In this document: positions 13,244-26,249 of the stretch, piece after piece
Layout of the letters: every line of letters begins with the position of its first letter
Position numbering within the stretch: the first letter of the stretch is position 1
DNA from: Batkoa obscura
Lineage: Eukaryota
DNA length: 64,000 nucleotides
Direction of reading: 5' to 3'
NCBI GenBank assembly: GCA_030770535.1
Contig: JASVEC010000010.1
Coordinates: 62,001 to 126,000, forward strand
Translations under genes and position numbers: made by a program
Notes under the pieces: model-generated
What the model saw: the letters and a program-made list of their open reading frames with translations, nothing else
What the model was told of the DNA's origin: nothing
Database searches by the model: none

Positions 13244-14812
13244 CTATTTTTGACTATTTTTTCCAAGAGGAGGCGAATGATAAGATTGATTATTCTTTCT
13301 TTCATTCAATAACATTAAGATCCAATAATCAACTGTACCATAATAATTAGAAATAGCTCGCAAAGTTTCAAGCGTTCTTAAGAACAGTAAACTACCTTCA
13401 GGAGTATAATCACGTACGAAAACACTGCAACCATAGTAAAAAGAAATCGCATAAATAACACTAGTGTACAAGAAGATGTTAGAAGGTACATGGGGCTCCC
13501 TAACCTTTGAAAAGTTTTTTAAATGATTCAAGATCTCTAAAAGTTCAAATGCTATTTCTTTGATTGAAGGATATTCTTTAGATACTCTAAAATCTAAACT
13601 ATAGGCTTTTTCAGCATAACTTAGACTTTGTGTAAAGAGAAATAATTGTGCAAAATTTAACAATAGTTGTGGCGTAATTTGATAAAAAAGTGGGTGTTTT
13701 AATAATGGTGACCCGTACCTATCTCTAATTCCTTGAAACCACTTGCGATTTTTTAGATGCATTTTATACATTGAATCATAAACTCGATGACTTTGTTGAG
13801 CAATTTCATCAGATATGTCTATATTTTTCCCAACCGTAAATTGAACCATTGAAATATGTCGAAATGTTTCTAAACTAAAAATATACAAAAGTTTTAATTT
13901 CTTTAGTTCATTTTCTATAGGCTAAAAGATAGTTGGTTAATGCTAAAGTGTTTAAGATGATAAAAGTACCTCGTTCGCTACTGTATTAAATGTCAAATTG
14001 CCCAGGATCGAACAAAGATTTAAAGGTTTTGGTTTATATAATATATAATTATTATTATTCCTCACACCTAAAAGCTCACAATTGATCCAATAATTCCACA
14101 AGATACTACGGTCTAAACTAAAATCATCTCTATTTTTTAAAAGCGCTTTGCCCATTATTTCATTAACAAGTCCTGAGGCATGCATTAACTTTATTCCTTT
14201 GATACATGATTTAAAAGCAATATCATTGTATCCTTGATTGAATTCAATTAAATAACAAACTTGAAGCAGAAACGAATTGTGTAAATAATCTTTTCCACTT
14301 AAATCTTCAGCTATCCTTTTAAGTTTAAAATAAAAATAGTTATCTTTGAATAATAAACATTTTCCAAAAGTTAGATTCGTTGAAAAAGGAAAGGATAAAC
14401 TACAGCAAGCAATGATTAAAGGTGAGTCTCGTTTGCCATGTTTTATTAATTCTCTAATTTTAGAATCGCTGATAAACATAACATTATTATTAAGATATTT
14501 TAAAAATATTTCTACTAGTAAATCAATAAATTGATGTTGTTCTTTATTTCTAAAAGGATTTTTTTGTAAGCTTATTGATGGTGTATATAAATTAATGTCA
14601 CGTGTTTGTGCTTTAAGTTTACAACTTGTATTATTTTGAATACTTACCTCTAAGTGTAATAATACAGCTTTTTCAAACTTTTTAATTTTAATCTCTAGTC
14701 CTTTGAACTTGTTTGATGATACATCTTCATTGCTATAGCCTTCTCGATCGCTTTCGCTTTTTTTGAATCTACCTCGATTGTATTTAGTTACGTCCTTCTC
14801 TTCTCTTCTCAT
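13244..14812 (-). CDS. Fungal transcription-factor-like (MHR-like) protein, paralogue B; one intron 13969-13922
   Basis: Shares long identical blocks with paralogue A (LQKNPFRNKEQ, FNQGYNDIAFKSC, AEKAYSLDFRVSKEYPSIKEIAFELL, ISNYYGTVDYWILMLL). Confidence 0.65.
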
Positions 14813-15081
14813 CAAAATTTAAAATAACGGGCTAGATAAGAGCTGTTATCAAACATATGATGGTAATTAAAGGACTTTACCTAAATGAAATCCTATATAT
14901 ATTCTATTTTTCTAGTTACTTTTTATAAAGTAGAATGCTTATTTTGAAATCCTAAACCTGAAGGAAAAATATTTTTCCAGCTCAACAAATTAGTAAATTT
15001 TTTTAAAGTCAGATTCCAAATTTGGTTTTTGTATGCAGAAATTTTGAACTGAATTATTGTATCTTTTTTTATTCTTTTTCA

Positions 15082-16501
15082 ATGAAAATGAGTGATTCGA
15101 ATTCATCAGAAATCATAGAAGAAAGTGATAATAATTCATTAACTTTGAGTGATAAAAGTAGTTTAATTGATATTGAAAAAGAATTAAAGAGTAGTGAATT
15201 ACAATTAACAATTGATGAAGATAGATATGAATATGATCATGGACAATGTGATAAAAATAAGATTAGATTTAGAGGTCAAGTTTTTGACATCGATTTTCAT
15301 CCAACTGAAAACATTTTAATCTCAGGGTTGTTATCCGGTGAGATATTTTGGTAAGTTATAAATATACAATATAGTTTAATGTAGTACAATTTATTTATTA
15401 ATATATTCATTTATTTAATATAGCCATGGCTACACAATGGATAGCTTTGGATCTTTAGATCCAGTATTAAAATATAAAGACAATTATACTCATAAAGAAA
15501 GTGTTCGTGGAGTAAAATTTTCGATTGATGGTAATGAATTCTATTCAGTATCTTCAGACAAAACATACTCTATTACTGATACGCAAACTGGTAAAATCGT
15601 TAATAAAATAGAAGGCGCCTTTGACACTTCCATAAACGCATTACTACCAATTCAACAGAATTTAATAGCTTGTGGAGACGACGATGGTGTTGTTAAATTA
15701 TTTGATACTAGAACAAACACTTGTTCAATCCACTATAAAGAACATGAAGATTATATCACTAGTTTAATAATGGGCAGAGAACGTCAATTAATATCCATTG
15801 GAGGAGATGGTTACCTCTCAGTAATGGATGTACGTAAGATTAGATTATATGCACGTAGTGATCAAATAGAAGATGAACTATTAAGTATGAGTTTAATTAA
15901 AGAAGGTAAAAGACTGGTAGTTGGTACTCAATCTGGTGTGTTAGATTTATTTAATTATGGTGATTGGGGTGACTTTAAAGATAGATTTATTGGACATCCA
16001 GAGTCAGTAGAAACAATGGTCAAGTTTGATGAAGACACTATTATTACAGGTTCAAGTGATGGTATTATACGACTTGTTTCTGTGCATCCTAATGATCTGT
16101 TAGGTGTAGTTGGCGCCCATGATTTCCCCATAGAAAGGTTAGCTATAACCAAAGATAAAGGAATACTCGCATCATGCTCTCATGATCATTCAATTAAACT
16201 TTGGAACATAAAAGATATATTTAATGAAAGTGATGAAGAAGGTAAAGATGAAGAAGGAGATGAAGAAGAAGGAAGTGATGATAATGATAATGATAATGAT
16301 AATGAAGATAATGATAAAAGTGATAATGAAGAAGTAGAAAACAAGGAAGACAAAAATAGGAGTAAAAGAAAAGATAAAGACTCAAGCTCTGAAGAGGACA
16401 GTAGCGATGAAGAGAAACCTAAAACTAAAAATGGGAAAAAAGTTAAAGCTAAACTCAATTTCAATAATACTGACAATAATGATTTTTTCGATGAACTTTG
16501 A
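15082..16501 (+). CDS. JIP5: WD40-repeat protein, WDR55/Jip5 family (ribosome biogenesis), acidic C-terminal tail
   Basis: VFDIDFHPTENILISGLLSGEIF, GDDDGVVKLFDTR, EHEDYITSL, SDQIEDELLS, DRFIGHPESVETM, and terminal FFDEL*. One intron near 15351-15423. Start ATG is 15082 or 15088. Confidence 0.88.
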
Positions 16502-16933
16502 AAAAACAATATATTAATTAAAAAAATATTAATTTGTAAAAACCGTTTTTCATTTTATTTTTCAAATAAATTATTTATTAGAGTTTTGAGTGTATTTAGG
16601 GTTACTTTTTAAATCATGAGTATTACTTCATATGAAACTTTATTGCTTTCATATCAAAAAACTTCAAAATAGAGTAACAAATGAAAGGCAGTAAATAAAA
16701 GGCTATCATCTATGATATAGCAGTAATGGTTTAAAATATTAGTATATTATTAGAACATTTATTATAATTAAAAAATATCAATACAAACTTTTACTATCCC
16801 TATTGATCTATTTAGCTAGCATAAATTCCTACCAATAAAATCCTGATAAGCTCATAATTTATGGGATTTATCAATGTCAAGTTTTCAAAAACTTTGCAAT
16901 TTCTAATAACTCAACATTTTTTTAAAAACCAAG

Positions 16934-17251
16934 ATGACCAGAACGAGTTCAATAATTCAATTAAAAAAACTAAAAGTTAAACCAAAGAAAACCACAGAAC
17001 CAGCCCCATGTTTAGCCGAGATGGCAGCTTTATTAAATTGTTGGTCCAGTTTAGCCATAGAACATAATAAATGTTCTGAATCCGCAAAAAATTTATCACT
17101 TTGTATGATGAAACCTGTAAGTTTTTATTTACAATAAGAAAAGGTGTAAAGCGTATTAAATTTTAATTTTAATTTCAATTAGGTGGTAAAAACCAAGAAA
17201 GTAGATGACACTAATCACCACTTGTTTCGATTGGGCAAACTTTTTAAGTAG
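16934..17251 (+). CDS. MRP10: Mitochondrial small ribosomal subunit protein mS37/Mrp10 (twin CX9C-type)
   Basis: LKKLKVKPK...APCLAEMAALLNCW...KCSESAKNLSLCM..|...DTNHHLFRLGK. Intron 17117-17182. Confidence 0.85.
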
Positions 17252-18059
17252 AATAAGAAAATGGTTTGGATGGAAATTGGAAATTAATAAAATGGAAATT
17301 AAATAGAACGTTATGAGCTATAAGCTGCTTGTTTGATTATTGTTATAATATAAATAGAATTCAAAAGATCGAATAATCTTTTAAAAAGATTTAAACATTT
17401 ATTAAAAAAGAGGTATGTTTTAATTGTAATATTTTATTGTTGTTGTAATTTAAGCTTTATGAAATTTGATTTGATCGTTTGAAATCAATTGTATATGCAT
17501 TAAGTTTAAACAAAATAAGTCATATCTTAATAAGTTTGATTATTTATCATTTTATAGTCATTTAATAAACATACATATTAAAACAAATAGAATAATCAAT
17601 TTTTACCAAGTGATAACTATATGATATATACTGGCGTTGAATTAAAATTTTATTGATAGTTATATTAAAAAGCATAATTGCCCCTAGAAACTTTCATTGA
17701 CTCTAATACCAATTCAATATCCTTAAATGTTTGATTTTTTTAGTTATAGTCATAGTCTAAACAATCGCACTTAACCCTGCTATTAATAATTTATAAATAA
17801 TAGTGATAATAATAAAATTGAAATTGAAATTATATTCACTTCAAGTAATGATGGTAATTGCACTTTCTATATTAGAACTTAGGATAAAATATACTTTTGT
17901 CTTAAGTATCAAAAATATTAAAATATTAAAAAACTGGCTCCTGTACTTTACTGATTAAAAATTCCGATGTATCCGAATATATTTTATCAAAATCACTAGC
18001 AGATAAAGAAGCAAATATCAGATATGCTCTAGTGCTATACTTTAAATTACAAATGATAT

Positions 18060-18152
18060 GAGGATGATTTTTTTGGCTTCATTACTTTTTCCACCTTTTA
18101 AGCGCTATTTAAGCGGAAGGATTGTTAGTAAGATTCTTAAAAATATATCCCC
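18060..18152 (+). mobile_element. MITE family copy 2
   Basis: ATAT|GAGGATGATTTTTTTGG...TATATCCCC|ATAT; 4-bp TSD ATAT. Confidence 0.88.
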
Positions 18153-18248
18153 ATATATTTAAAATTCTATCTAGCACTATTGCCAAAAATGTTATTAACG
18201 TTTTAAGTAAATGAATTGCTGTATCTGGTAATAACAGATCCAATTTAT

Positions 18249-18347
18249 GGGAGTGTTTTTTTTAATTTCATTACTTTTTCCATTTTTTAAGCACTATTTA
18301 AGCGGAAAATTTGTTAGTAAAATTCTTGAACACAAAAATACATCCCC
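18249..18347 (+). mobile_element. MITE family copy 3
   Basis: TTAT|GGGAGTGTTTTTT...AAAAATACATCCCC|TTAT; 4-bp TSD TTAT. Confidence 0.92.
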
Positions 18348-18971
18348 TTATATTAAAAAAATACTTTATATATTTAAAATTAGTTTAATTAATACTGAAG
18401 TAAGATTATGTATATGCTTAAAATTGTGCTATGAATAAGAAAAATATTAAATACTGCTTGAAAAATCAATATCAAAATAAAGTATAAATTTTTAACCTTA
18501 ATTTAGTATACATCATAAAAAGATAAGACACATTAAATAATACATTTTATCAGCACAAGAATTAATAAAGTTAGTAACGAATTAAATACTTAATTAATAT
18601 ATATACTCTATTATTTTGTCTTATTGCTTCAAATAAAAATCTATAGATTGATTTGTACCTCAATAGCTTTTACATAAGTTGATTTTAATATTGTATTGAA
18701 ACCCCAATCATGATTGAATGAAAATGCTTTTAATTTCGAAATACTTACTATTGTTAAAATATTAAATGGTGCGTATTATTATCATTTTTAACTAAAAGTA
18801 CAAATCTAATTAAAAATAGCATGAACAAGAAATATTCTCTGTTTCATTTTTACTTACCTTATTAGACATAGACATCTATGTAAAAATATATTAAATTTTA
18901 ACTTTATACTCATGTAATGATTAAAAGCTGCTTTATTCAGAGGAATAAGCATTATCACTAAAAAAAACCAC

Positions 18972-19069
18972 AGAGATGTATTTTTTTATTTAAGAATTTT
19001 ACTGATAGATAACCTTTCCACTCAAATAGTACTTAAAAATGAAAAAAGTGAAGCCAAAAAAGCACTCCC
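18972..19069 (-). mobile_element. MITE family copy 4 (reverse orientation, diverged)
   Basis: AGAGATGTATTTTTTTATTTAAGAATTTTACT...CTCAAATAGTACTTAAAAATGAAAAAAGTGAAGCCAAAAAAGCACTCCC; no clear TSD. Confidence 0.75.
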
Positions 19070-20312
19070 TATATGATATACTGCAATTTTACATTTGATT
19101 AAGTTCTAAAACTGTCTTTAGTTCTTAATGGGTTATATATATATATTGATGCTATTAATTAGTCATACAGCCAGTGGTATTAGTTACCACCGTTTTTGTA
19201 ATGTGGCTATATATTATTATGTATTCCTAAGGTGGTTTTGGAGCAAGATAGAAATTGAGGAATGACTTAATAGCAAAAATTACCTTATTTTTATAGAGGT
19301 TATTGAATTAATGTTCTATTAATTGATTGCTAGCCGAGCTTTATGATTTAATAAAGATCTACAAAATAAAATATAAAAGCATTTTGAACTTCTTTTGTTT
19401 ATATTACGATAAATAAAAGGGATATATAGAAACAATATAACATTTGAAAATAACTCTGTATTAAAATGAGTTAATTTTAATAGTTGTCTTTTTGTGGTGA
19501 TTTAATCATTGCGAATAAATGGTTAATGTTTTTTCTACGCTTTAATTTTGTGTCTTAAGAATGTTACCTAAATTAAGTTTATTATTTAGCATTTGTATAA
19601 TAACAATTTGATATCTTATTCGTTCAAGATATAAAAACAAATGTAAGAAAGTATGAAATAGTAGGTAAAATAATTTCTTCAATAGATTATGAACTATACA
19701 AGCATGAACTATTAAATAGCTACAAAGGTGATATAAGCTTATCAAGAGTGAATGTTTTAATTTATTGTTAAATTACCACCTTTGTTAACTATAATCAAAA
19801 ATGAATGATTAATTTAATAAATTATTTAAAGGCTAATTTGCTATTTTACATAATACTAGAACTGCCCAAAAGAATGTTTTTTAATAGCCTAAATTTGATA
19901 AATAACAAGCTAAAATGTTTGTTATAAATTAGTTTTGAGCAATAATTTAAATTTAATATGATATTTCAACCAATAATGATTCCTGTTTTTTTATTTTGAC
20001 CCTTGAAGATACCATAAATTAAGCATTTTAATTTATTAATGGTACTTAAAAGCAATTTATTAATCGTAACTATTACCAAATTGAAAATAACGAATAATAT
20101 ATTGAATATTAATAGAATACTTTGCTATGATTGATTATAGTTGGTGCTAGTAACTTAATCTTGTATAATAATATTTCTAAATATAAATCAAATGAATAAA
20201 ACTAATTGATTAAAAAGCTTGATGGTATTCATCCTAATAGTAATACTATTACTACAAAATGAATTAATCATTTTTTCTTCTTTTAATTTTGTTTTCTTTT
20301 TAATATTCCATC

Positions 20313-21656
20313 ATGATGTTATTTAATAAGGATATTGAAAAGACGTCTGAGTTTAATCAATTTAAAAACTTCTTGAGGATGCCTATTACTTCCAATTTTG
20401 TAGATACCTTAGCTAATAAAGCTGTTCTTGCTATAAGGAATCCAATCCTCTCCAACTATGACTCACCGCCTTCAACCCCTTTTGACTCTTTATCGTTAAG
20501 TGGAGACCATCAAATACACAATTTTATATTAAATTTAATTAACGGCTCAAGAGTACAAGCGTCCACTTTATTCGGTGCTATGGTCTATCTTGAACGTTTA
20601 AAATGTGCTGTACCTGCCATTAGCTTTACGCGACCAGACGCACCTCAAGCAGCTTTGTTAGCTAGCTTATTATTAGCAGGTAAATTTCTTAATGATGCGT
20701 CTCCCAAGAATAAGCATTGGGCAACTTATGCAAAAATATTTTCTTTAACCGAAATCAATGCATTTGAAAAGCAATTCTTTTACTATTTAAATTATGATTT
20801 GAACATTACTATTATTGAACTTTTGTTTCAATTTCGTTCTTTTGCTCATCTACCTTCGGCCAACTCTCAATCTACTATCTTATCACCACTACCTTCTAAT
20901 TTCCCCTCTACTCCGAAATCAGCTGTGTTTCCACCCATGTGTTGCACTCCAACTAATTCAAGGTTTCCAAACGAAATTACAGGGTCGCCCATTTCACATG
21001 AGATGCGCAGTTTAAGGAAAAAAGGTTCAAATTTACAGCTATCCCCAGTCGTACTGCCAAGTAATACTCCAGGCAACGCACCATTCACCCTTCCCTCAAT
21101 CAATCAAATTGCTTCAAACGGGGGTATCAATTCTGGAACTAAAATACGAGAATTATCAAACTCCAATTCAACGCTTTACAGGCGAAGAACAAATAAAAGA
21201 GAACCACGTAAAAAGAGTTCTCAATTATCTCTTAATGTTTCTTCAGAAGATAGAAATCAAACACTCAATCATAATCAAAATCATAATCAAAATCATAATC
21301 AAAATCATAATACTTCCAACCTTAATAATAATGGTTTTACAGTAAATAGTCATCAACATACCATCAACACTTCAATTCCTTTTATACCTTCAAATGTGGA
21401 GGGCCCATTATCGGCTCCATTATCAATGCCTAAAGGAAAAGAGCTACCATTGAGAGCTCAGTTTACTTTACGTTCAAATGTACCTAATGAATCATGCAAT
21501 TTTTTACCAACTCCAACTACGGCTGTACCATTAGCAGTAAATAATTCAATACCTAATATGGATCTTAGTTTAAAACTACCACCCATCCAGTACCCCAGCT
21601 TTGAAGATAGAAAGGAAATGTTACCTTCCATTAGATTTAAAGCAAATTATAGTTAA
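20313..21656 (+). CDS. Pho85 cyclin, Pcl1/Pcl2-like, intronless, with low-complexity C-terminus
   Basis: Cyclin box FILNLINGSRVQASTLFGAMVYLERL...LASLLLAGKFLNDASPKNKHWA...FSLTEINAFEKQFFYYLNYDL. Confidence 0.88.
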   Translation: MMLFNKDIEKTSEFNQFKNFLRMPITSNFVDTLANKAVLAIRNPILSNYDSPPSTPFDSLSLSGDHQIHNFILNLINGSRVQASTLFGAMVYLERLKCAVPAISFTRPDAPQAALLASLLLAGKFLNDASPKNKHWATYAKIFSLTEINAFEKQFFYYLNYDLNITIIELLFQFRSFAHLPSANSQSTILSPLPSNFPSTPKSAVFPPMCCTPTNSRFPNEITGSPISHEMRSLRKKGSNLQLSPVVLPSNTPGNAPFTLPSINQIASNGGINSGTKIRELSNSNSTLYRRRTNKREPRKKSSQLSLNVSSEDRNQTLNHNQNHNQNHNQNHNTSNLNNNGFTVNSHQHTINTSIPFIPSNVEGPLSAPLSMPKGKELPLRAQFTLRSNVPNESCNFLPTPTTAVPLAVNNSIPNMDLSLKLPPIQYPSFEDRKEMLPSIRFKANYS

Positions 21657-22129
21657 GTATTTATTTAATATAGTAGAGGTGAGGTTCAGAGTTAAGTGGG
21701 AATTATATATATATAAATTTAATCTTTAAAAAAACGACAATAAAATAAAATTTGACTATAGTTTTACATCTTGTTTTTTTTACTTGATAATATTAATGTT
21801 AATAGTATTTATATAAATTAATCTTTGTTTAATATTTTATATATCATAAATTTTGAATACAAAATAAGGGAGACTTAGTATAAGAAGTTTAATTGGTTGA
21901 TCAATTCAATTATTTGTTATATAGAATTAAAGTATATTAAGTTATTAATAATTAAATTTAATTAAACAAGATATGCCTTTGAGTGTTGTTGTTATTTGTT
22001 ATTTTATTATGCAGTCTGAATTTAAATACGAATTTTTTGCTAAACAAAGTTAACATTTGAAAGAATGACGTAAACTTTATCTTTTTATCTTTTTTTCTTA
22101 TTTTTACTTTTATTTCAATAAATAATAAA

Positions 22130-22842
22130 ATGATAAGTCAACTTATGAATCGGCTAGTATTGTACAATAATCCACAACTTGAAAGACAATTAAAGAACTC
22201 AATAAAATTAAGTGAGTTATCTAAAGATAAAATAGAGATCATTGAAAAATTACTTGAGGTAAAGGATACTTAAATTTTTTATAAAGAAACTTGACATTTG
22301 TTTACAAGCTATATCAATGTCGTCCTAAAAGTGAATATTTTGATATGTATGATGAAGAAGCAATGTAGTTTGACTATTTTTACTTTAAGTATTTATCGAC
22401 TTATTATTTTAAGTTTTGAAGACCCCATATGTAACGCTTCTAATAAGAAGGAGCTCTTGGTACAATTTAGTATGATGCCAAAAGTATTCCCAAGATCTGA
22501 AACCACACAGATGAATGTTTTGAGTGTTACTGATAATGAATTGGTGCTTGACCTAAATCAAACTTATTATTTGGCTCCTTTTTATATACCCATCCCTGTA
22601 AGGTCTCAAGTTAGAGTACTGTTGAATAATAAAGGTAAGATTATTTATCATGGGGATTATTGGTATCACTCTACTTTGTTTGATAAATTTCATGGTCTTA
22701 TTGGTTTCACTTGGAGTGTAAGTTTCGTATTTCATTCGCAATTTTACTTATATAATACTTCATTTCTTAGTCTTTCCGTCGATTAAATGCTGTTTCTCTA
22801 CCCTACATTGCCCCATTAGTGATCAAATTACCAAAGGATTAA
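22130..22842 (+). CDS. SnoaL/NTF2-like (DUF2358-like) protein, 4 exons
   Basis: MISQLMNRL...KLLE|LYQCRPKSEYFDMYDEEA|.FEDPICNASNKKELLVQF...LNNKGKIIYHGDYW...|SFRRLNA; FEDP and KIxxHxDxW are typical NTF2-like motifs. Confidence 0.7.
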
Positions 22843-23054
22843 GTTATATGATTAAATTGTTATTTATTGCTTATTAGCATTTAATGAATTATTATATAGT
22901 ATAAATGATAATATTTTTGCATTTGATTATATATATTTTAAAGGAGTATAATAACAATGATGAAATTGTTAATTTTAGTTTATTAGTAAATAAACAATAA
23001 TATAAAATTGAAGATTAAAGTGTGAGGGAAAGAAAGAAGAATGAATTTTACTTA

Positions 23055-24641
23055 TTAATTGGAATGAATATTAGCTTCTTCTCCATTAACAAACACTCTT
23101 TGAATTTCTAATTTATCATTTAAAAATAAGATATCCGCATCACAACCAAAATTAAGTGAGCCTTTCTTATCGGTTATTTTCATTGCTTCTGCTGGATGTA
23201 AAGTAGCGGCTTCAATTGCTTCTACAATCGAACATCCTGTAAACTTTTGGAAGTTTCTTACACAGTCATCCATTTTTATTACACTATTAAAATAATAAAT
23301 ACAATAATTATCATTGCTACATCATATATTTACCTTCCAGCCAATGTTTTAGTTCCTGCGATGTAGACTCCTTCCGAGTTAACTTCAACATTCATATTCC
23401 CCAATATATAATTGCCCTCAGGTAAACCCATAGCTGCCATAGCATCAGTAACCAATACAGCCCCTTTTGGATGAGAATAGTAGGCAATTTTTATTGAATT
23501 TGGATGTACATGGATTCCATCACAAATAATACCATAATAGGGGCGTTCTACTGCCGAGGAACCTAGTAACCCAATCATACCTGGATCACGATGGTGGAAT
23601 TGTTGCATAGCGTTAAACATATGAGTTACCATAGTAGCCTATAAATAGAGTTAATATTTAATAAACCAATAAAAATAGAGCTACTTACACCTTGTCTGAC
23701 AGCATTTTCCGATTGGCTAGTAGTAGCAGCCGAATGACCTAATAATTCAATTAACAAAACTATGATCGTACCATTATATTTATTTCTTACCAATAGCAAC
23801 GATAGGCACTCTTTTAGCAAGTTCAGGTATAACTTCCATAACACCATCAACATCTGGTGCCATAGTGACAATAGCTACGGATCTATCATCATGTTTATTT
23901 AAGCCATATAACCCGTTTAAAGCATCGATGCCATCATTAGCATTTTGTAAAGTAGCTACCTCATGAGCACCGTATTTATCTCCACTTATAAACGGACCTT
24001 CAAGATGGGCACCTATAATAGAATATTAATATAAATGTTATGATTTCATAGTGATGATAGAAAATAAAATTTGACTAATTAATATTTACCCAAAATTTCA
24101 GCACCATCCTTAGCACTTCCTTTCCTTGGGACAGTATGTGGTAATACCTTAATAAAAAAATTAGCAAAAGCTATTATAGAACAAACAAATAAATAAAATT
24201 TACTTTTTCATAAACATCTGCACGCGAACTAACAATAGTTGGGCAATAAGCAGTGACACCCTGCTTCAATAATCCCAAAGAAACTTTATGTAAACCTTCC
24301 TTTAAATTTCCGCAGTCACCAGTAAAATCAACACCAAAAGCGCCTAAAATATTAAAATTAGGCTACTTCAATCTTCACTTCAAAAAAAACTAACCATTTA
24401 GCTGCAACTCAATATAACCAGGTACGATCAAAGCACCCTTAGCATCAATAAGATAATCAGGATTCTTTTGTTCATCCCAAAACAATAAGGTTGGGTCTAA
24501 AATTTTGCCATTTCTTAACCATAAATAATCATCCTCAATGATCTTGTGGTCTCTCAATATACGACCGTTATATATCTTTATGATTTTGTCTTGCATGTCT
24601 CCAGTTGGACTATTGTTCAATTCCATGGCTGGTCGTGTCAT
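23055..24641 (-). CDS. nagA: N-acetylglucosamine-6-phosphate deacetylase (NagA/DAC1/AMDHD2), multi-exon
   Basis: PGYIELQLNG|AFGVDF, GAHLEGPF, VTMAPD, GHSAA, THMFNAMQQFHHRDPG, DGIHVHP, LVTDAM, and ATLHPA...KGSLNFGCDAD. Probable 5'UTR intron 24777-24655. Confidence 0.95.
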
Positions 24642-26249
24642 TGTTGCTTTATAACTAGATACAACAAGATGATTAGTATTAGTTAATTACTAGGGTGGTA
24701 GATGTATAATTATTCTGACCAACATAATTTATAATGTGAACGTTTAGTTGACTAAAACTTAAGGAAATTGAACTTACCTTTTAAAAATGTATAATAAAAA
24801 AAGAAATAAAAAGCTTTTATAAAACTTTGATGAGTATTTAAATAAATGTGATTTAAGTTTTACTTCTCAGCCATTCATTTCATTGGTCTGTAATGAATTA
24901 AATGGTTTTCGAGGTTAAATTTTGTTGAGATTTAAAAATAACATATTACTATATAAGGTCATTCATCTGCTCCCTTTTCCCAGTTCCCTCATCGATTTCT
25001 CCCTTCTCTTAAGGTTTCTCCTGATTTATATTTCAAGTATTTTGGCTAATTTGAAGATATGATTTATATACTTTGTATTACATATATATTATTTTTATTA
25101 TTACTCAAATATAATTATATTGAATTGAATAAATAGCCAATATCATATTTGATAGATTAAATACTATCAGCTATAGCTTAAACATATTTATTTCTTTATT
25201 ATTAACTATCCTTAATTTTGGTTTTTTAGTTTTAAGAACAAGTTTAAAAAATAAACTAATCTCAATTAATAAGCGATACTGGTACTGGGCACAAAGGTAA
25301 TAATTCATTTTTATTATTTCATTATTATAAATCGAACTCATTGTAAAATAAAAATAGTTCTTTATTTATAAGAAAACGTTTATAAGTCAACACATACCCC
25401 CATAGCATATCATAGTGGTTATCTCTTTTAATAAGTGTTATGTTTTTTTATTAATAACCGTATCTTATCTTTATTGCCATATAATAAATTGTCTCCCTTA
25501 TTTCATTTTACATACAATGAGTTGTTTATCTGATGATTCTCAATGATAGATTACTCTATCAGCTGACCAGGGAAATGATTAGATGTTCAAATAAAAAATT
25601 TATTTTTAACTTTATGATGATAATATGACACTGAAGCGTAAATCTTCTATTTAGCAGAAAAAGGAAAAATAATGATAGTAGTTTGTAGTACATACGCTAC
25701 TATTAGTTAGTAAATAGTATATATAGTAATAACAGCAACATTGTTAAGTTGTTTAAACATTATTTTTAAAGAAATATTTTTACTTTTTGTTTATTTATTT
25801 ATTCTTTGAGTTATTAAAATCTGCACCTTATTTTATAAATTTAGTAATATGGTCTTTTTTGATCCAAATATTCGAAATATAGCTTCAAATAATCCTTGCT
25901 TTTATATTGAGAACTATAATGCCAGTTTATAGACTTGATATAGCGTTATGCATCTATTTATGAGTATTACAATTATGATAACTTATCAAACTTTATAACA
26001 TCTGTTGAAGTTTTATACTTGGTGATAAAGTCAAAGTGAGCTATTTTAATTGAAATGTAAAGTCAGAAAAATACTAAAAGTAAATAATAACAATGAGTGT
26101 GGATTTAAATAAAACCTTTAATTTTTTGTAGAGTTTTGCTATACAGTTACTTATACACGGTATTCTTATGTTTTTGTATTTTCGAAAATTTATCAGACCA
26201 AAAGGCTGTAATGATATTTTATACAAAAGAAAAAGGGAAAATACTTATA

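Noticed and set aside
18247..18438. 63-aa ORF, and the similar tail of ORF 2167..2469 (FPFFKHYLSGK)
   Set aside because: The shared peptide is just the translation of MITE copies; in PSF3 it is intronic.
25530..25635. Possible C/D-box snoRNA (TGATGA...CTGA)
   Set aside because: Box spacing is too short, with no convincing terminal stem or recognisable rRNA guide; such motifs are expected by chance in AT-rich DNA.
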